Part shown: positions 27,403-37,303 of the stretch, one piece after another | Layout: each line of letters begins with the position of its first letter | Position numbering within the stretch: the first letter of the stretch is position 1 | DNA from: Sphingomonadales bacterium | Lineage (GTDB): Bacteria; Pseudomonadota; Alphaproteobacteria; Sphingomonadales; Sphingomonadaceae | NCBI GenBank assembly: GCA_038211965.1 | Contig: JBBQVB010000001.1 | Location: 29,361-93,360 of the forward strand | DNA length: 64,000 nt | Direction: 5' to 3' | The notes under the pieces: model-generated | What the model was told of the DNA's origin: nothing | Database searches by the model: none | What the model saw: only the letters and a program-made list of their open reading frames with translations | Made by a program: the position numbers and the translations under genes

Positions 27403-28505
27403 TCGTCGTCGATGTGACGCTCGGCAGCCGGTCATACCCGATCCACATCGGTGCCGGCCTGATCGCCGGGGTGGGGGCGATGGTCCGCCCGCTGACCGGC
27501 AATGCCCGCGTCGCGGTGGTCAGCGACGCGACCGTCGCGCCGCTATATCTCGATGCGCTGCGGACAAGTTTCGCCGCCGCCGGACTGACGCTCGTCGAGA
27601 TTGTCGTGCCGTCGGGAGAGACGAGCAAGGACTGGGCGACCCTCGAACACGTCGTCGAGACCCTGCTGGCCTTGGGTGTCGAGCGCGGCGACGCGGTGGT
27701 GGCGCTCGGCGGCGGCGTCGTCGGCGACCTGACAGGCTTCGCCTGCGCGATCCTGCGCCGGGGTTGCCGCTTCGTGCAGGTGCCGACGACGCTGCTCGCG
27801 CAGGTCGACAGCGCGGTTGGCGGCAAGACGGCGATCAACGCGCGCGCCGGCAAGAACCTCATCGGCGCGTTTCACCAGCCGAGCCTCGTCGTCATCGATC
27901 CGCAGGTGCTCGCGACGCTGCCCGACCGCGAGCTGCGCGCCGGTTACGCCGAAGTCGTCAAATACGGGCTGATCGGCGACGCGGCATTCTTCGACTGGTG
28001 CGAGGCGAACGTCGCGGCACTGCTGGCGCGTGATCCTGCGATCCTCACGCAGGCGATCGCGGCAAGTTGCCGTGCCAAGGCGGCGACCGTCGCCGCCGAC
28101 GAGCACGAGACGAGCGGGGTGCGCGCGCTACTCAACCTCGGCCATACTTTCGGCCACGCCCTCGAAGCCGAAGCGGGATTCTCCGATCGGCTGCTGCACG
28201 GCGAAGCGGTCGCCATCGGCATGGCGCTGGCGTTCGGCTTTTCCGTCGAGCGGGGCCTGTGCAGCGCTGCCGATGCGGTGCGTGTGCGCGCGCACCTCGA
28301 GGCGGCGGGGCTGCCGGTCGACCCGCGCGCTGCGGGGGCAACGGACGCCGCGCCGCTGGTGCTCCATATGCGGCAGGACAAGAAGATGGCGGCGGGCGCA
28401 CTGTCGTTCATCCTCGCGCGCGGCATCGGGCAGGCGTTCGTCGCCAAGAATATCGACCTCGGCCTCGTCGAAACGTTTCTCGACCGCGCTCTTAACCCTA
28501 ACTGA
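27399..28505 (+). CDS. aroB: 3-dehydroquinate synthase.
   Basis: The ATG at 27399 overlaps the aroK stop (ATGA). Motifs GGGVVGDLTGFA, VPTTLLAQVDSAVGGKTAIN and NLGHTFGHALE. Confidence 0.9.
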   Translation: MIVVDVTLGSRSYPIHIGAGLIAGVGAMVRPLTGNARVAVVSDATVAPLYLDALRTSFAAAGLTLVEIVVPSGETSKDWATLEHVVETLLALGVERGDAVVALGGGVVGDLTGFACAILRRGCRFVQVPTTLLAQVDSAVGGKTAINARAGKNLIGAFHQPSLVVIDPQVLATLPDRELRAGYAEVVKYGLIGDAAFFDWCEANVAALLARDPAILTQAIAASCRAKAATVAADEHETSGVRALLNLGHTFGHALEAEAGFSDRLLHGEAVAIGMALAFGFSVERGLCSAADAVRVRAHLEAAGLPVDPRAAGATDAAPLVLHMRQDKKMAAGALSFILARGIGQAFVAKNIDLGLVETFLDRALNPN

Positions 28506-28572
28506 AGCCTGAATCTGCGAAGCTTTCCACGTCGGCGGTCGTCAACGACTCGGGTGCCGCGGCGGGAGTAGC

Positions 28573-29061
28573 GTGATGCGTAGGTTGAGTTTGGGGTTTG
28601 CAGTGGCCGTTTTCGCGATGGCGGGGGTCGGGGCGAGCGCCGGACGGGCGGGCGTCGTCTGCCGGTCGAACGCCATTGCCGGTTTCGAGGTCGAGGCCCG
28701 CGCCGCGCATGTCGCCCTCGCCGCCGCGACTAGCGATTCGCAGGGAATCGAGGTCTTCGTCGCGCACACGCCGTTCGGCTATTATTACGAATCGAACTAT
28801 GTCGCGCCGGGCGCCAGATATCCGGCGAAAATCTACACCGCTGCGCCGCTGACGCTGCGGGCACTGGTCGAGAACCTGCTGTTCACGTCGCGCGCCGCTG
28901 CCGATGCGGGGCGCGCGCGGACCGATGCCGTGGCGGGGCAGGTCGTCGTTTATCTCGACGCCGCGCTCTATGATGCGCGCGAGCCGACGGGCCTCGACGA
29001 CGCGACGGTGGTCCGGCGCGTCACGCCGGCGTTGCCCGTCGTTGCCAGCGCGGCACCCTGA
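28573..29061 (+). CDS. Hypothetical secreted protein.
   Basis: Signal-like N-terminus MMRRLSLGFAVAVFAMAGVGASA. No recognisable motifs. Confidence 0.45.
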   Translation: MMRRLSLGFAVAVFAMAGVGASAGRAGVVCRSNAIAGFEVEARAAHVALAAATSDSQGIEVFVAHTPFGYYYESNYVAPGARYPAKIYTAAPLTLRALVENLLFTSRAAADAGRARTDAVAGQVVVYLDAALYDAREPTGLDDATVVRRVTPALPVVASAAP

Positions 29062-29155
29062 CGCTGCGCCGTTTCGTCCCGGTTCAGGAACATTGCGGCA
29101 CTATCCCGATTGTGTAATGTCCGGCGGCGCTTGTTTACCGCCTTGGGGAGAGACG

Positions 29156-29578
29156 ATGACCGATTTCCGACTTGCTGCTGCCGCTGTTGCCCTGATCGCC
29201 GCGGGACTTACCGTTCCGGCCGTCGCCGCACCCGGGCCGACGCCTGCTAACGCCGCCGCCTATGCCAAGCTGAAGGGCATCGCCGCCAACGGTGCCAAGG
29301 TCTTCGTTCAGTGCAAGACCTGCCACGTCACGACCGCCGGCGTGAACCGCATCGGGCCGTCGCTCCACGCCGTCGTCGGGCGCAAGTCGGGGTCGATCCC
29401 CAACTTCAATTATTCGGCGGCGAACAAGAACAGCGGCATCGTCTGGACCGAGGCCGAGCTCTTCCAGTATCTCGAATCGCCCAAGGCGACGATTCCGGGC
29501 ACGAAGATGACCTTTGCGGGCCTCAAGAAGCCGCAGGACCGCGCGGATGTCATCGCTTATCTGAAGACGCAGGGCTGA
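29156..29578 (+). CDS. Class I c-type cytochrome (cytochrome c2-like), exported.
   Basis: ATG at 29156 after GGGGAGAGA. Signal peptide, heme motif CKTCH and distal GTKMTFAGL Met ligand region. Confidence 0.85.
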   Translation: MTDFRLAAAAVALIAAGLTVPAVAAPGPTPANAAAYAKLKGIAANGAKVFVQCKTCHVTTAGVNRIGPSLHAVVGRKSGSIPNFNYSAANKNSGIVWTEAELFQYLESPKATIPGTKMTFAGLKKPQDRADVIAYLKTQG

Positions 29579-29580
29579 AT

Positions 29581-29625
29581 TCTCTCCCCTCCCCTCCCGC
29601 TCAGCAGCGAGAGGGGAGGGAGCAG
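29581..29625. repeat. Second copy of the REP-like C-run/G-run hairpin between convergent genes.
   Basis: CTCCCCTCCC (29589-29598) pairs imperfectly with GGGAGGGAG (29614-29622). It shares the CTCT-CCCCTCCCC...GC.CAGC.G...GGGGAGGG layout with 7919-7960. Confidence 0.5.
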
Positions 29626-29630
29626 AAGGG

Positions 29631-29876
29631 CTAGTTTTTCGCCAGCCGCCGCCGCAGATCGAACAGATGCGCTGGAAACGATAGCGCCAGCCACAGCGCG
29701 ACGACCGGCCATTCCGCTCCGGTCAGCGCCGCGCGGAGGCCGATCAGGATCAGCGCCCCCGGCACCAGCGCGGCGATGATATCACGTCGCCCGCGCGACC
29801 ACAGCCAACCCGCCTCGACCGCCAGCACGGCCAGCACCACGTCGACCGCATGGCCGCTGGCAAAGAACCGGTCCAT
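29631..29876 (-). CDS. 81-aa two/three-helix membrane protein, translationally coupled to bchP.
   Basis: MDRFFASGHAVDVVLAVLAVEAGWLW...ALILIGLRAAL...VVALWLALSFPAHLF. The ATG at 29876 overlaps the bchP stop. Confidence 0.5.
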   Translation of the reverse strand: MDRFFASGHAVDVVLAVLAVEAGWLWSRGRRDIIAALVPGALILIGLRAALTGAEWPVVALWLALSFPAHLFDLRRRLAKN

Positions 29877-31081
29877 CACGCGGCGGGTGCAGCTTTGCCG
29901 ATCGAGCGCAGCAGGTGGACCGTGTCCTTCACGAAGATGCGGACGTGCGCCATCGGATCGCGGCGGACCAGCGCCTTGTTCATGTACGCTTCCCACGTCA
30001 GCCGCTGGACGTCCGGATCGCGGCACATCTTGACGAAGCGCTCGCGGCGCTTGTCGCTCGAATACCAGAAATATTGCATGATCCCGAGGACGCGGAACAC
30101 CGTGCCGTGCGCGCGCATGAAGTCGCGGCGCGCCGCCTTGAGGGCGCTCGCCTTGCCGGTGGCGAGGTACACCCCGACGGCGTTTGCGGCAAGCTCGCCG
30201 CACGCCATGGCGTAATAGATGCCCTCGCCCGAGGCCGGCGCGACGACCCCCGCCGCATCGCCCGCGACGACGATGTCGCGGCCGTTGTCCCAGCGTTTCA
30301 GCGGCTTGAGCGGGATCGGCGCGCCCTCGCTGCGGATCGTCGGCTGGCTATCGAGGCCGGTATCGCCGCGCAGTCGCTTGACTGCGTCGCGCAGCGGGAA
30401 GCCCTTGTCGGCGCTGCCGACGCCGATCGAAGCCTGGTCGCCGTGCGGGAAGATCCACGCATAGAAATCGGGCGACAGGCGGCCCTGGTAGTAAACGTCG
30501 CAGCGCGCGTGATCGAAGGCGTCGGTGTCACCTTGCGGAGACGCGACGACCTCGTGGTAGGCGAAGACGCACGGCATGCGCTCGGCCCCTTTGAGCGTCT
30601 GGCGCGCCACCGCCGAGCGCGCCCCGTCGCAGCCGATGACGGCGCGCGCGCGGACCTGCTCGAGCGGGCCGCCGCGCGTCCGCCGGTAGCCGACGAGCGC
30701 AGTGCCGTCGGTATCGCGGGCAATCGCGTCGAAGGTGCCGGTGCGGCGCTCGGCCCCGGTCTCGGCGGCGCGGGCGCGCAGCCATTCGTCGAAATGCTCT
30801 CGGTCGAACATGCCGACTGTGCCTTCGCCGACGGGCATGTCGACGGTCTTACCCGACGGCGCGATCATCCGTGCGAGGCTCGCCTTGCCGACGATCAGGT
30901 GGTCTGGAATCGCGAAATCGCGGATGGCGCGCGGCGGCACCGCGCCGCCGCACGGTTTGATGCGACCGGCGCGGTCGAGCAGCAGGACCTTCTTGCCCGC
31001 GCGCGCCAGCGCCGTCGCGGCGGTCGCCCCCGACGGCCCGCCGCCGACGACCACCGCGTCGAAGGTCTCGAAATCGCTCAT
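29876..31081 (-). CDS. bchP: Geranylgeranyl diphosphate/bacteriochlorophyllide reductase.
   Basis: FDAVVVGGGPSGATAA, LLDRAGRIKPCGGAVPPR, GAPIPLKPLKRWDNGRDIVVAGDAAGVVAPASGEGIYYAM and DVQRLTWEAYMNK all resemble BchP/ChlP closely. The ATG at 31081 overlaps the upstream stop. Confidence 0.85.
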   Translation of the reverse strand: MSDFETFDAVVVGGGPSGATAATALARAGKKVLLLDRAGRIKPCGGAVPPRAIRDFAIPDHLIVGKASLARMIAPSGKTVDMPVGEGTVGMFDREHFDEWLRARAAETGAERRTGTFDAIARDTDGTALVGYRRTRGGPLEQVRARAVIGCDGARSAVARQTLKGAERMPCVFAYHEVVASPQGDTDAFDHARCDVYYQGRLSPDFYAWIFPHGDQASIGVGSADKGFPLRDAVKRLRGDTGLDSQPTIRSEGAPIPLKPLKRWDNGRDIVVAGDAAGVVAPASGEGIYYAMACGELAANAVGVYLATGKASALKAARRDFMRAHGTVFRVLGIMQYFWYSSDKRRERFVKMCRDPDVQRLTWEAYMNKALVRRDPMAHVRIFVKDTVHLLRSIGKAAPAA

Positions 31082-32394
31082 GCTGATGCCCCGATCATCG
31101 CTTGCGTATCCGCTCTGGGCAGCGTGCCGATCCTGAGCGCCAGCATCGCCGCGACACCAAACAGCACTGCCTCGGCGCCGAAGACCAGCGCGAAGGCCTG
31201 CGGCGCGTTGCCGCTGAGCGCGCGCAGCGCATCGACCCCCGCCGCGCCGAGGAAGCCGCCGCACGCGAAGCCGACCGCCTGTGCTGCGCCCCAGACGCCC
31301 ATCCGCACCCCTTCGCGCCCCGGCCCGTCGGCGCCCGCCAGCCCCATCATCGAGCCGATCGCGGCGACCGCGAAGATTCCGTTGGCAAAGCCCAGCGCGG
31401 CGACGTTCCAGCTCAGCGGCCACCCCGGACCCGCTTCGGCGGCGAGTACCAGCCCGGCGAGCGCGAGCGCCGAGCCGAGGCAGCCTGCGACGATCCAGCC
31501 GCGCATCCACGCATTGGTCTTGGTGAAGGCATTGCCGCCGACGCCGACGAGGATCATCCCCGCCAGCACGCCGCCGTGCTGCACCCCCGACAGGCTGGTC
31601 GACTCACCCGGCGTGAAGTTGAAGCGCAGCCCCGCGAACGGTTCGAGGATCAAATCCTGCGCGCTGTACGCGAGCATCGAGACGAGGACGAAGATCGTGA
31701 AGCGCCGCGCGCGGTCGTCGGCCCAGATCTCGCCGAGGACCTGCCCGAACGGCGCGCTCGGCGTGCCGTGGAGGATTTCGCCGCGCTCGCGCTCGACGCC
31801 CCACACCGCGACGCAGGCGACGACGAGCGCCGCCAGCGCGACGCCCGCGACGACCTCGACGAGGCGCTCGGGGCTGAACGGGTCGATGAGCCTGCCGGCG
31901 ATGCCTGCGGTGACGACGATGCCCGCGATCATCATGATCCACGTGATCGCCGCGGCCGCCGGACGCCTTGATGGCGCGACCTCGCTCGCCAGCAGCGCGA
32001 GCAGCGACGTGCCTGCTGCGCCCACGCCCGCACCGATGGCGCTGAACGCTAGCAGTGCGAGGATCAGCCCGCTCGTCGGGCGCGTCGACAGCATCAGCGT
32101 GGCGTCCGCCGCGCCGACCGCGCCCAGCGCCAGCATTGCCATGCCGCCTGCAATCCACGGCGTCCGCTTGGCGCCCTGATCCGAACCATGCCCCCAGCGC
32201 GGCCGCGACAGCTGCACCGCGTAGTGCCACGCGACCAGCCCGGCGGGTAGCATCGCGGGCAGCGCGTACTCGACGACCATGACGCGGTTGAGCAGCGACG
32301 TCGCCAGCATGACGATCGCGCCGATCGACGACTGCACGAGCCCGAGGCGGACGATCCCCGGCCAGCCGAGGCCCGGACGAGCTTGCGCGGTCAC
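31078..32394 (-). CDS. PucC/LhaA-family (BCD) MFS protein; equivalent to the orf428-type gene between bchG and bchP.
   Basis: The GTG at 32394 overlaps the bchG stop (GTGA). LGLVQSSIGAIVMLATSLLNRVMVVEYALPA...WHYAVQLSRPRWGHGSD is typical of the PucC family. Confidence 0.75.
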   Translation of the reverse strand: MTAQARPGLGWPGIVRLGLVQSSIGAIVMLATSLLNRVMVVEYALPAMLPAGLVAWHYAVQLSRPRWGHGSDQGAKRTPWIAGGMAMLALGAVGAADATLMLSTRPTSGLILALLAFSAIGAGVGAAGTSLLALLASEVAPSRRPAAAAITWIMMIAGIVVTAGIAGRLIDPFSPERLVEVVAGVALAALVVACVAVWGVERERGEILHGTPSAPFGQVLGEIWADDRARRFTIFVLVSMLAYSAQDLILEPFAGLRFNFTPGESTSLSGVQHGGVLAGMILVGVGGNAFTKTNAWMRGWIVAGCLGSALALAGLVLAAEAGPGWPLSWNVAALGFANGIFAVAAIGSMMGLAGADGPGREGVRMGVWGAAQAVGFACGGFLGAAGVDALRALSGNAPQAFALVFGAEAVLFGVAAMLALRIGTLPRADTQAMIGASA

Positions 32395-33284
32395 GAGGCC
32401 AGCCCGAACGCGGCGGCGAGCATGCCGCTGACGTACAGCGTCACCCCCGTGCCGTTGTACCACGGCGCGTATTTGCGCGGATCGCGCACGAGGCGAACCA
32501 TGCACGCCAGCTGCGCGATCAGCACCGCGACGACGACCGCCGCGGCGCGCGGATGGCCCCAGTCGTAAAGCAGTACCGCGACGGGCACCTGTGGCACCGC
32601 CATGACGACGCACGCGACCCGCGCGGCGTTCTCGACGCCGAGCGTCACCGGCAGCGAGCGCACCCCCATGACGCGGTCGCCCTCGACCGCCTTGAAGTCG
32701 TTCAGCGTCATGATCCCGTGCGCGCCGAGGCTGTAGAGCGCGATGACGATCAGGATATGCGTCCCCGGAAGCGTTCCCGACATTGCCGCTGCGCCGGTGA
32801 ACCACGCCAGCCCCTCATAGCTCAGCGCCACCGCTGCGGGACCCCACCAGCCGCTGAGCTTCAACCGCACCGGCGGCGCGCTGTACGCCCAGCCCGACAG
32901 CAGGCCCACAGCGGTGGCGAGCAGCACCCACGGACCAATGGCTGCGCCGACGCCGAGCGACACGCCCGAGCCGATCAGCGCGATCCACAGCCCCCAGCGC
33001 CCCGGAATCCGCCCCGATGGGATCGGCCGCTCGGGCTCGTTGATCGCATCGACGTGCCGGTCGAACCAGTCGTTGACCGCCTGGCTCGTGCCGCACACCA
33101 GCGGCCCCGCGAGCAGCATCCCCGCCACCATGAACGGCCAGCGCTCGGCGAACGATCCCCCCGACGACACCACCCCGCACATGAACGCCCACATCGGCGG
33201 GAACCACGTAACCGGCTTCAACAATTCGAGAATGTCGCGCGGCGCGGGTGCTGCGGGGACGGTCGTGACGAGCGAGCGGGCCAT
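32391..33284 (-). CDS. bchG: Bacteriochlorophyll/chlorophyll synthase (UbiA prenyltransferase).
   Basis: ELLKPVTWFPPMWAFMCGVVSSG, GTSQAVNDWFDRHVDAINEPERPIPSGRI and NDFKAVEGDRVMGVRSLPV. Confidence 0.85.
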   Translation of the reverse strand: MARSLVTTVPAAPAPRDILELLKPVTWFPPMWAFMCGVVSSGGSFAERWPFMVAGMLLAGPLVCGTSQAVNDWFDRHVDAINEPERPIPSGRIPGRWGLWIALIGSGVSLGVGAAIGPWVLLATAVGLLSGWAYSAPPVRLKLSGWWGPAAVALSYEGLAWFTGAAAMSGTLPGTHILIVIALYSLGAHGIMTLNDFKAVEGDRVMGVRSLPVTLGVENAARVACVVMAVPQVPVAVLLYDWGHPRAAAVVVAVLIAQLACMVRLVRDPRKYAPWYNGTGVTLYVSGMLAAAFGLAS

Positions 33285-33346
33285 GCGGGGAGGCTATGCG
33301 GGGCGGGTTGGAGCGTCAAGCGCCCGGATGCCCCATCGCGCGCAGC

Positions 33347-35263
33347 CTATTTGAGCGGCATGATCTCGCGGACGATATGGGCTGCCGCCTCCGCCGGGGT
33401 CATCTCGACCGTGTTGACGCGAATTTCGGGCCGCTCGGGCGCTTCGTAGGGGCTGTCGATACCGGTGAAATTCGCAAGCTCGCCGGCGCGCGCCTTGCGG
33501 TACAGTCCCTTGACGTCACGCGCCTCGGCGACTTCGAGCGGCGTATCGACGAAAATTTCGATGAATTCGCCGACGGGCAGCATGGCGCGCACCATCTCAC
33601 GTTCCGCTCGGAACGGCGAGATGAAAGCGGTCAGCACGATCAGCCCCGCGTCGGCCATCAATTTGGCGATTTCGCCGACACGCCGGATATTCTCGATCCG
33701 GTCGGCCTCGGTAAAGCCGAGGTCCTTGTTGATGCCGTGGCGGATATTGTCGCCGTCGAGCAGGAAGGTATGGCGGTTCATCAGCGCCAGCGCTTTCTCG
33801 ACCTCGTTGGCGATCGTCGACTTGCCCGACCCCGACAGGCCGGTGAACCACAGCACGCGCGGTGTCTGGTTCTTCAGCGCGGCGTGCGCTTCGCGGCTGG
33901 TGTCGGTTGCCTGCCAGTGGACATTCTGGGCGCGGCGCAGGCTGAAGTGCAGCATCCCGGCACCGACCGTGCGGTTGGTCGCCTTGTCGATCAGGATGAA
34001 GCCGCCGAGCGTGCGGTTGTCGGCATAGGGCTCGAAGACGATCGGTCGCTCGGTCGACAGCTCGACGACGCCGATCGCGTTGAGGTCGAGCGTCTTCGCC
34101 GCCAGATGCTCCATCGTATTGACGTTGTACGTGAACTTCGGTTCCTGCACGGTTGCCGCGACGGTCTGCGTCGCGAGCTTGAGCCAATAGGACCGCCCGA
34201 CGATCAGCGGATCGTCGTCCATCCAGACGAGCGTCGCCTCGAAGCGACCGGCGGCCTGCGGCGGGTCGGCAGCGGCAGCGATAACGTCGCCGCGCGAACA
34301 GTCGATCTCGTCGGCGAGGCACAGCGTCACCGACTGGCCCGCGACCGCCTCGTCGAGATCGCCGTCGTGCGTGACGATGCGCGCGACGGTCGTGGTCCTG
34401 CCCGACGGCAGCACCCGCACCGCGTCGCCCGGCCTGACCGCACCGGTCGCGATCAGCCCGGCGAAGCCGCGAAAGTCGAGATTGGGCCGGTTGACCCACT
34501 GGACGGGCAATCGAAACGGTTTCCGCGCATCGGCGTCGATGTCGAGTGCCACGGTCTCGAGATGCGCGATCAGGGACGGGCCGCGGTACCACGGCGTGTT
34601 CGCCGACGGTGCCGCTATGTTGTCGCCCCGGAAGCCGGAGATCGGCAGGGCCGTGAATGCCGCGATGCCGATCGACGCGGCGAAGGTCGCATAATCGGCG
34701 ACGATCGCGTCGAACAAATCCTGCGCATAGCCGACGAGGTCCATCTTGTTGACCGCCAGGACGATGCTGCGGATGCCGATCAGGTGCGCGAGGAAGCTGT
34801 GCCGCCGCGTCTGGGTCAGCACGCCCTTGCGTGCATCGACGAGGATGACCGCGAGGTCGGCGGTCGATGCGCCGGTGACCATGTTGCGCGTGTATTGCTC
34901 GTGGCCGGGCGTGTCGGCGACGATGAACTTGCGCGTTTCGGTGGCAAAGAAGCGGTAAGCGACGTCGATGGTGATGCCCTGCTCGCGTTCGGCCGCAAGA
35001 CCGTCGACGAGCAGCGCGAAGTCGATCTCCTGCCCCTGCGTGCCGACGCGGCGGCTATCGGCTTCGAGCGCCGCCAGCTGGTCCTCGAAGATCGACTTCG
35101 AATCGTACAGCAGACGCCCGATCAGCGTCGATTTGCCGTCGTCGACCGAGCCGCAGGTGATGAAGCGCAGCAGCGACTTGTGTCGGTGCCGGTCGAGATA
35201 GGCGTCGATGTCGGCCGCGATGAGCGCGTCGGGCCGGTAGACGGGCGGCAGGGGGGCGTCCAT
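33347..35263 (-). CDS. cysNC: Bifunctional sulfate adenylyltransferase subunit 1 / adenylylsulfate kinase.
   Basis: GTPase motifs [16 protein letters not shown] and [12 protein letters not shown]. The C-terminal APS kinase region contains [14 protein letters not shown]. The ATG at 35263 overlaps the cysD stop by 1 nt. Confidence 0.9.
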   Translation of the reverse strand: MDAPLPPVYRPDALIAADIDAYLDRHRHKSLLRFITCGSVDDGKSTLIGRLLYDSKSIFEDQLAALEADSRRVGTQGQEIDFALLVDGLAAEREQGITIDVAYRFFATETRKFIVADTPGHEQYTRNMVTGASTADLAVILVDARKGVLTQTRRHSFLAHLIGIRSIVLAVNKMDLVGYAQDLFDAIVADYATFAASIGIAAFTALPISGFRGDNIAAPSANTPWYRGPSLIAHLETVALDIDADARKPFRLPVQWVNRPNLDFRGFAGLIATGAVRPGDAVRVLPSGRTTTVARIVTHDGDLDEAVAGQSVTLCLADEIDCSRGDVIAAAADPPQAAGRFEATLVWMDDDPLIVGRSYWLKLATQTVAATVQEPKFTYNVNTMEHLAAKTLDLNAIGVVELSTERPIVFEPYADNRTLGGFILIDKATNRTVGAGMLHFSLRRAQNVHWQATDTSREAHAALKNQTPRVLWFTGLSGSGKSTIANEVEKALALMNRHTFLLDGDNIRHGINKDLGFTEADRIENIRRVGEIAKLMADAGLIVLTAFISPFRAEREMVRAMLPVGEFIEIFVDTPLEVAEARDVKGLYRKARAGELANFTGIDSPYEAPERPEIRVNTVEMTPAEAAAHIVREIMPLK

Positions 35264-36168
35264 CAGAAATAGCCCTCCTGCTTCTTGCGCTCCATGCTGG
35301 CGTCGCCGCCGTCGCGGTCGATGACGCGACCCTCGCGCTCGGAGGTGGTCGTCAACAGCATTTCCTGGATGACCTGTGACAGCGTCGTCGCTTCGCTTTC
35401 GACCGCGCCGGTCAGCGGGTAGCAGCCCAGCGTGCGAAAGCGGATCGAGCGCAGCACGGGCACTTCGCCGGGCCGTAGCCGGAAACGCGCGTCGTCGACC
35501 ATCAGCAGCACGCCGTCGCGGACCACCGTCGGGCGCGGCGCGGCGAGATACAGCGGCACGACGGGGATGTCGTTGAGCTGGATATATTGCCAGACATCGA
35601 GTTCGGTCCAGTTCGAGATCGGGAAGACGCGGATGCTCTCGTCCGGCGCGCGGCGGGCATTGTAGAGGTTCCACAATTCGGGGCGCTGGCGCTTGGGGTC
35701 CCAGCCGTGGCTGGCGGTGCGGAATGAAAAGATGCGTTCCTTGGCGCGGCTCTTCTCCTCGTCGCGCCGCGCCCCGCCGAACGCCGCATCGAAGCCGTAG
35801 TTGTCGAGCGCCTGCTTGAGCCCCTCGGTCTTCCACATGTCGGTGTGGCGAGCGCCGTGGTCGAACGGATTGATACCCTGCGCCTCGGCCTCGGGGTTGC
35901 GGTGGACGAGGAGCGTCATGCCGCTGTCGCGCGCGACGCGGTCGCGCATCGCGTACATGTCGCGGAATTTCCACGTCGTATCGACGTGCAGCAGCGGGAA
36001 GGGCGGCGGCGAAGGGTGGAACGCCAGCCGTGCGAGGTGCAGCATCACCGCCGAATCCTTGCCGACCGAATACAGCATCACCGGGCGCGCCGCCTCGGCG
36101 ACGACCTCGCGAAGGATATGGATGCTCTCGGCCTCAAGGCGCTCGAGGTGGGTCAGGGTTCGGGACAT
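35263..36168 (-). CDS. cysD: Sulfate adenylyltransferase subunit 2.
   Basis: [31 protein letters not shown] and [12 protein letters not shown] prefer the ATG at 36168 over the TTG at 36177. Confidence 0.9.
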   Translation of the reverse strand: MSRTLTHLERLEAESIHILREVVAEAARPVMLYSVGKDSAVMLHLARLAFHPSPPPFPLLHVDTTWKFRDMYAMRDRVARDSGMTLLVHRNPEAEAQGINPFDHGARHTDMWKTEGLKQALDNYGFDAAFGGARRDEEKSRAKERIFSFRTASHGWDPKRQRPELWNLYNARRAPDESIRVFPISNWTELDVWQYIQLNDIPVVPLYLAAPRPTVVRDGVLLMVDDARFRLRPGEVPVLRSIRFRTLGCYPLTGAVESEATTLSQVIQEMLLTTTSEREGRVIDRDGGDASMERKKQEGYF

Positions 36169-36202
36169 GGCGCGCAAACCCTAGCAGACGATCCTCGCAA
36201 GG

Positions 36203-37303
36203 TCAGACGTTGAACCGGAAATTCAAGACATCGCCGTCGGCCACGACATACTCCTTGCCCTCCGAGCGGAATTTGCCCGCGTCGCGTGCGCCGGCCTCGC
36301 CGTTGCATGCGACATAGTCGGCATAGGCGATGGTTTCGGCGCGAATGAAGCCCTTCTCGAAGTCGCTGTGGATCGCGCCCGCCGCCTGCGGGGCCTTCGA
36401 TCCGGCGGGCACCGTCCACGCCCGCGTCTCCTTGGGACCGACGGTGAAATAGGTCAGCAGGCCGAGCAGGTCGTACCCGGCCCGCACGACGCGCGCGAGG
36501 CCGGTCTCGGTCAGCCCGAGTTCGCTCAGGAAGTCGGGCCGGTCGGCGGGGTCCATCTGGGCGATCTCGGACTCGATGGCGGCGCTGATGACCACCGAGC
36601 GCGCGCCCTCGCGCGCCGCACGCTCGGCGACGGCACGGCTCAGCGCATTGCCTTCGGCCGCATCGGCTTCGGCGACGTTGCAGACGTAGAGCACGGGCTT
36701 GGCAGTGAGCAGTTGTGCGGCGTGGAGCGCCTTGGCCTCCTCCTCGTCCCCCGGGATCGCGAGCCGCGCGGGCTTCCCCTCGCGCAGCAGGTCGAGCGCG
36801 CGGCCGAGGACGGCGGCGGCGACCTTGGCCTCCTTGTCGCCCTGCATGCCCTTCTTGGCGAGCGCGGGGACGCGCTTTTCGAGGCTCTCGAGGTCGCTCA
36901 GCATCAGTTCGGTCTCGACCGTCTCGGCGTCCGACAGCGGGTCGATCCTGCCCTCGACGTGGGTGACGTCGTCGTCCTCGAAGCAGCGCAGGACGTGGAC
37001 GACGGCGTCGACCTCGCGGATATTGCCGAGGAACTGGTTGCCCAGCCCCTCGCCCTTCGACGCGCCGCGCACCAGCCCCGCGATATCGACGAAGCCGAGC
37101 TGCGTTTCGATGATCTTCGCCGAATGGCCGATCTTGGCCAGCACGCCGAGGCGCGGGTCGGGGACTGGCACGTTCCCGACGTTGGGCTCGATCGTGCAGA
37201 ACGGATAGTTCGCCGCCGCCGCGCTCGCGGTCTCGGTCAGCGCGTTGAACAGCGTCGACTTGCCGACGTTGGGGAGGCCGACGATACCGCAGCGGAAACC
37301 CAT
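36203..37303 (-). CDS. ychF: Ribosome-binding ATPase YchF.
   Basis: MGFRCGIVGLPNVGKSTLFNALT...ANYPFCTIEPN. Confidence 0.9.
   Translation of the reverse strand: MGFRCGIVGLPNVGKSTLFNALTETASAAAANYPFCTIEPNVGNVPVPDPRLGVLAKIGHSAKIIETQLGFVDIAGLVRGASKGEGLGNQFLGNIREVDAVVHVLRCFEDDDVTHVEGRIDPLSDAETVETELMLSDLESLEKRVPALAKKGMQGDKEAKVAAAVLGRALDLLREGKPARLAIPGDEEEAKALHAAQLLTAKPVLYVCNVAEADAAEGNALSRAVAERAAREGARSVVISAAIESEIAQMDPADRPDFLSELGLTETGLARVVRAGYDLLGLLTYFTVGPKETRAWTVPAGSKAPQAAGAIHSDFEKGFIRAETIAYADYVACNGEAGARDAGKFRSEGKEYVVADGDVLNFRFNV

Noticed and set aside
29876-31081. FAD protein as FixC / ETF-quinone oxidoreductase or a generic monooxygenase.
   Set aside because: It shares long identical stretches with BchP/ChlP (RIKPCGGA, GAPIPLKPL.RWDNGRD, SGEGIYYAM, DVQRLT.E.YMNK) and is coupled to bchG and a PucC-family gene.
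29915-32179. 754-aa plus-strand ORF across bchP and the PucC-like gene.
   Set aside because: It is antisense to two genes with strong family signatures, and its translation is Arg/Ala-rich low complexity.
33285-33346. Possible promoter (TTGACG at 33314-33319 on the minus strand) in the cysNC-bchG spacer.
   Set aside because: The -10 candidate is weak and lies only ~8 nt from the bchG ATG. I cannot distinguish it from chance without transcription-start data, so it is not listed as a feature.
33296-35272. 658-aa plus-strand ORF opposite cysNC.
   Set aside because: It is a shadow ORF. cysNC has GTPase and APS-kinase P-loops.
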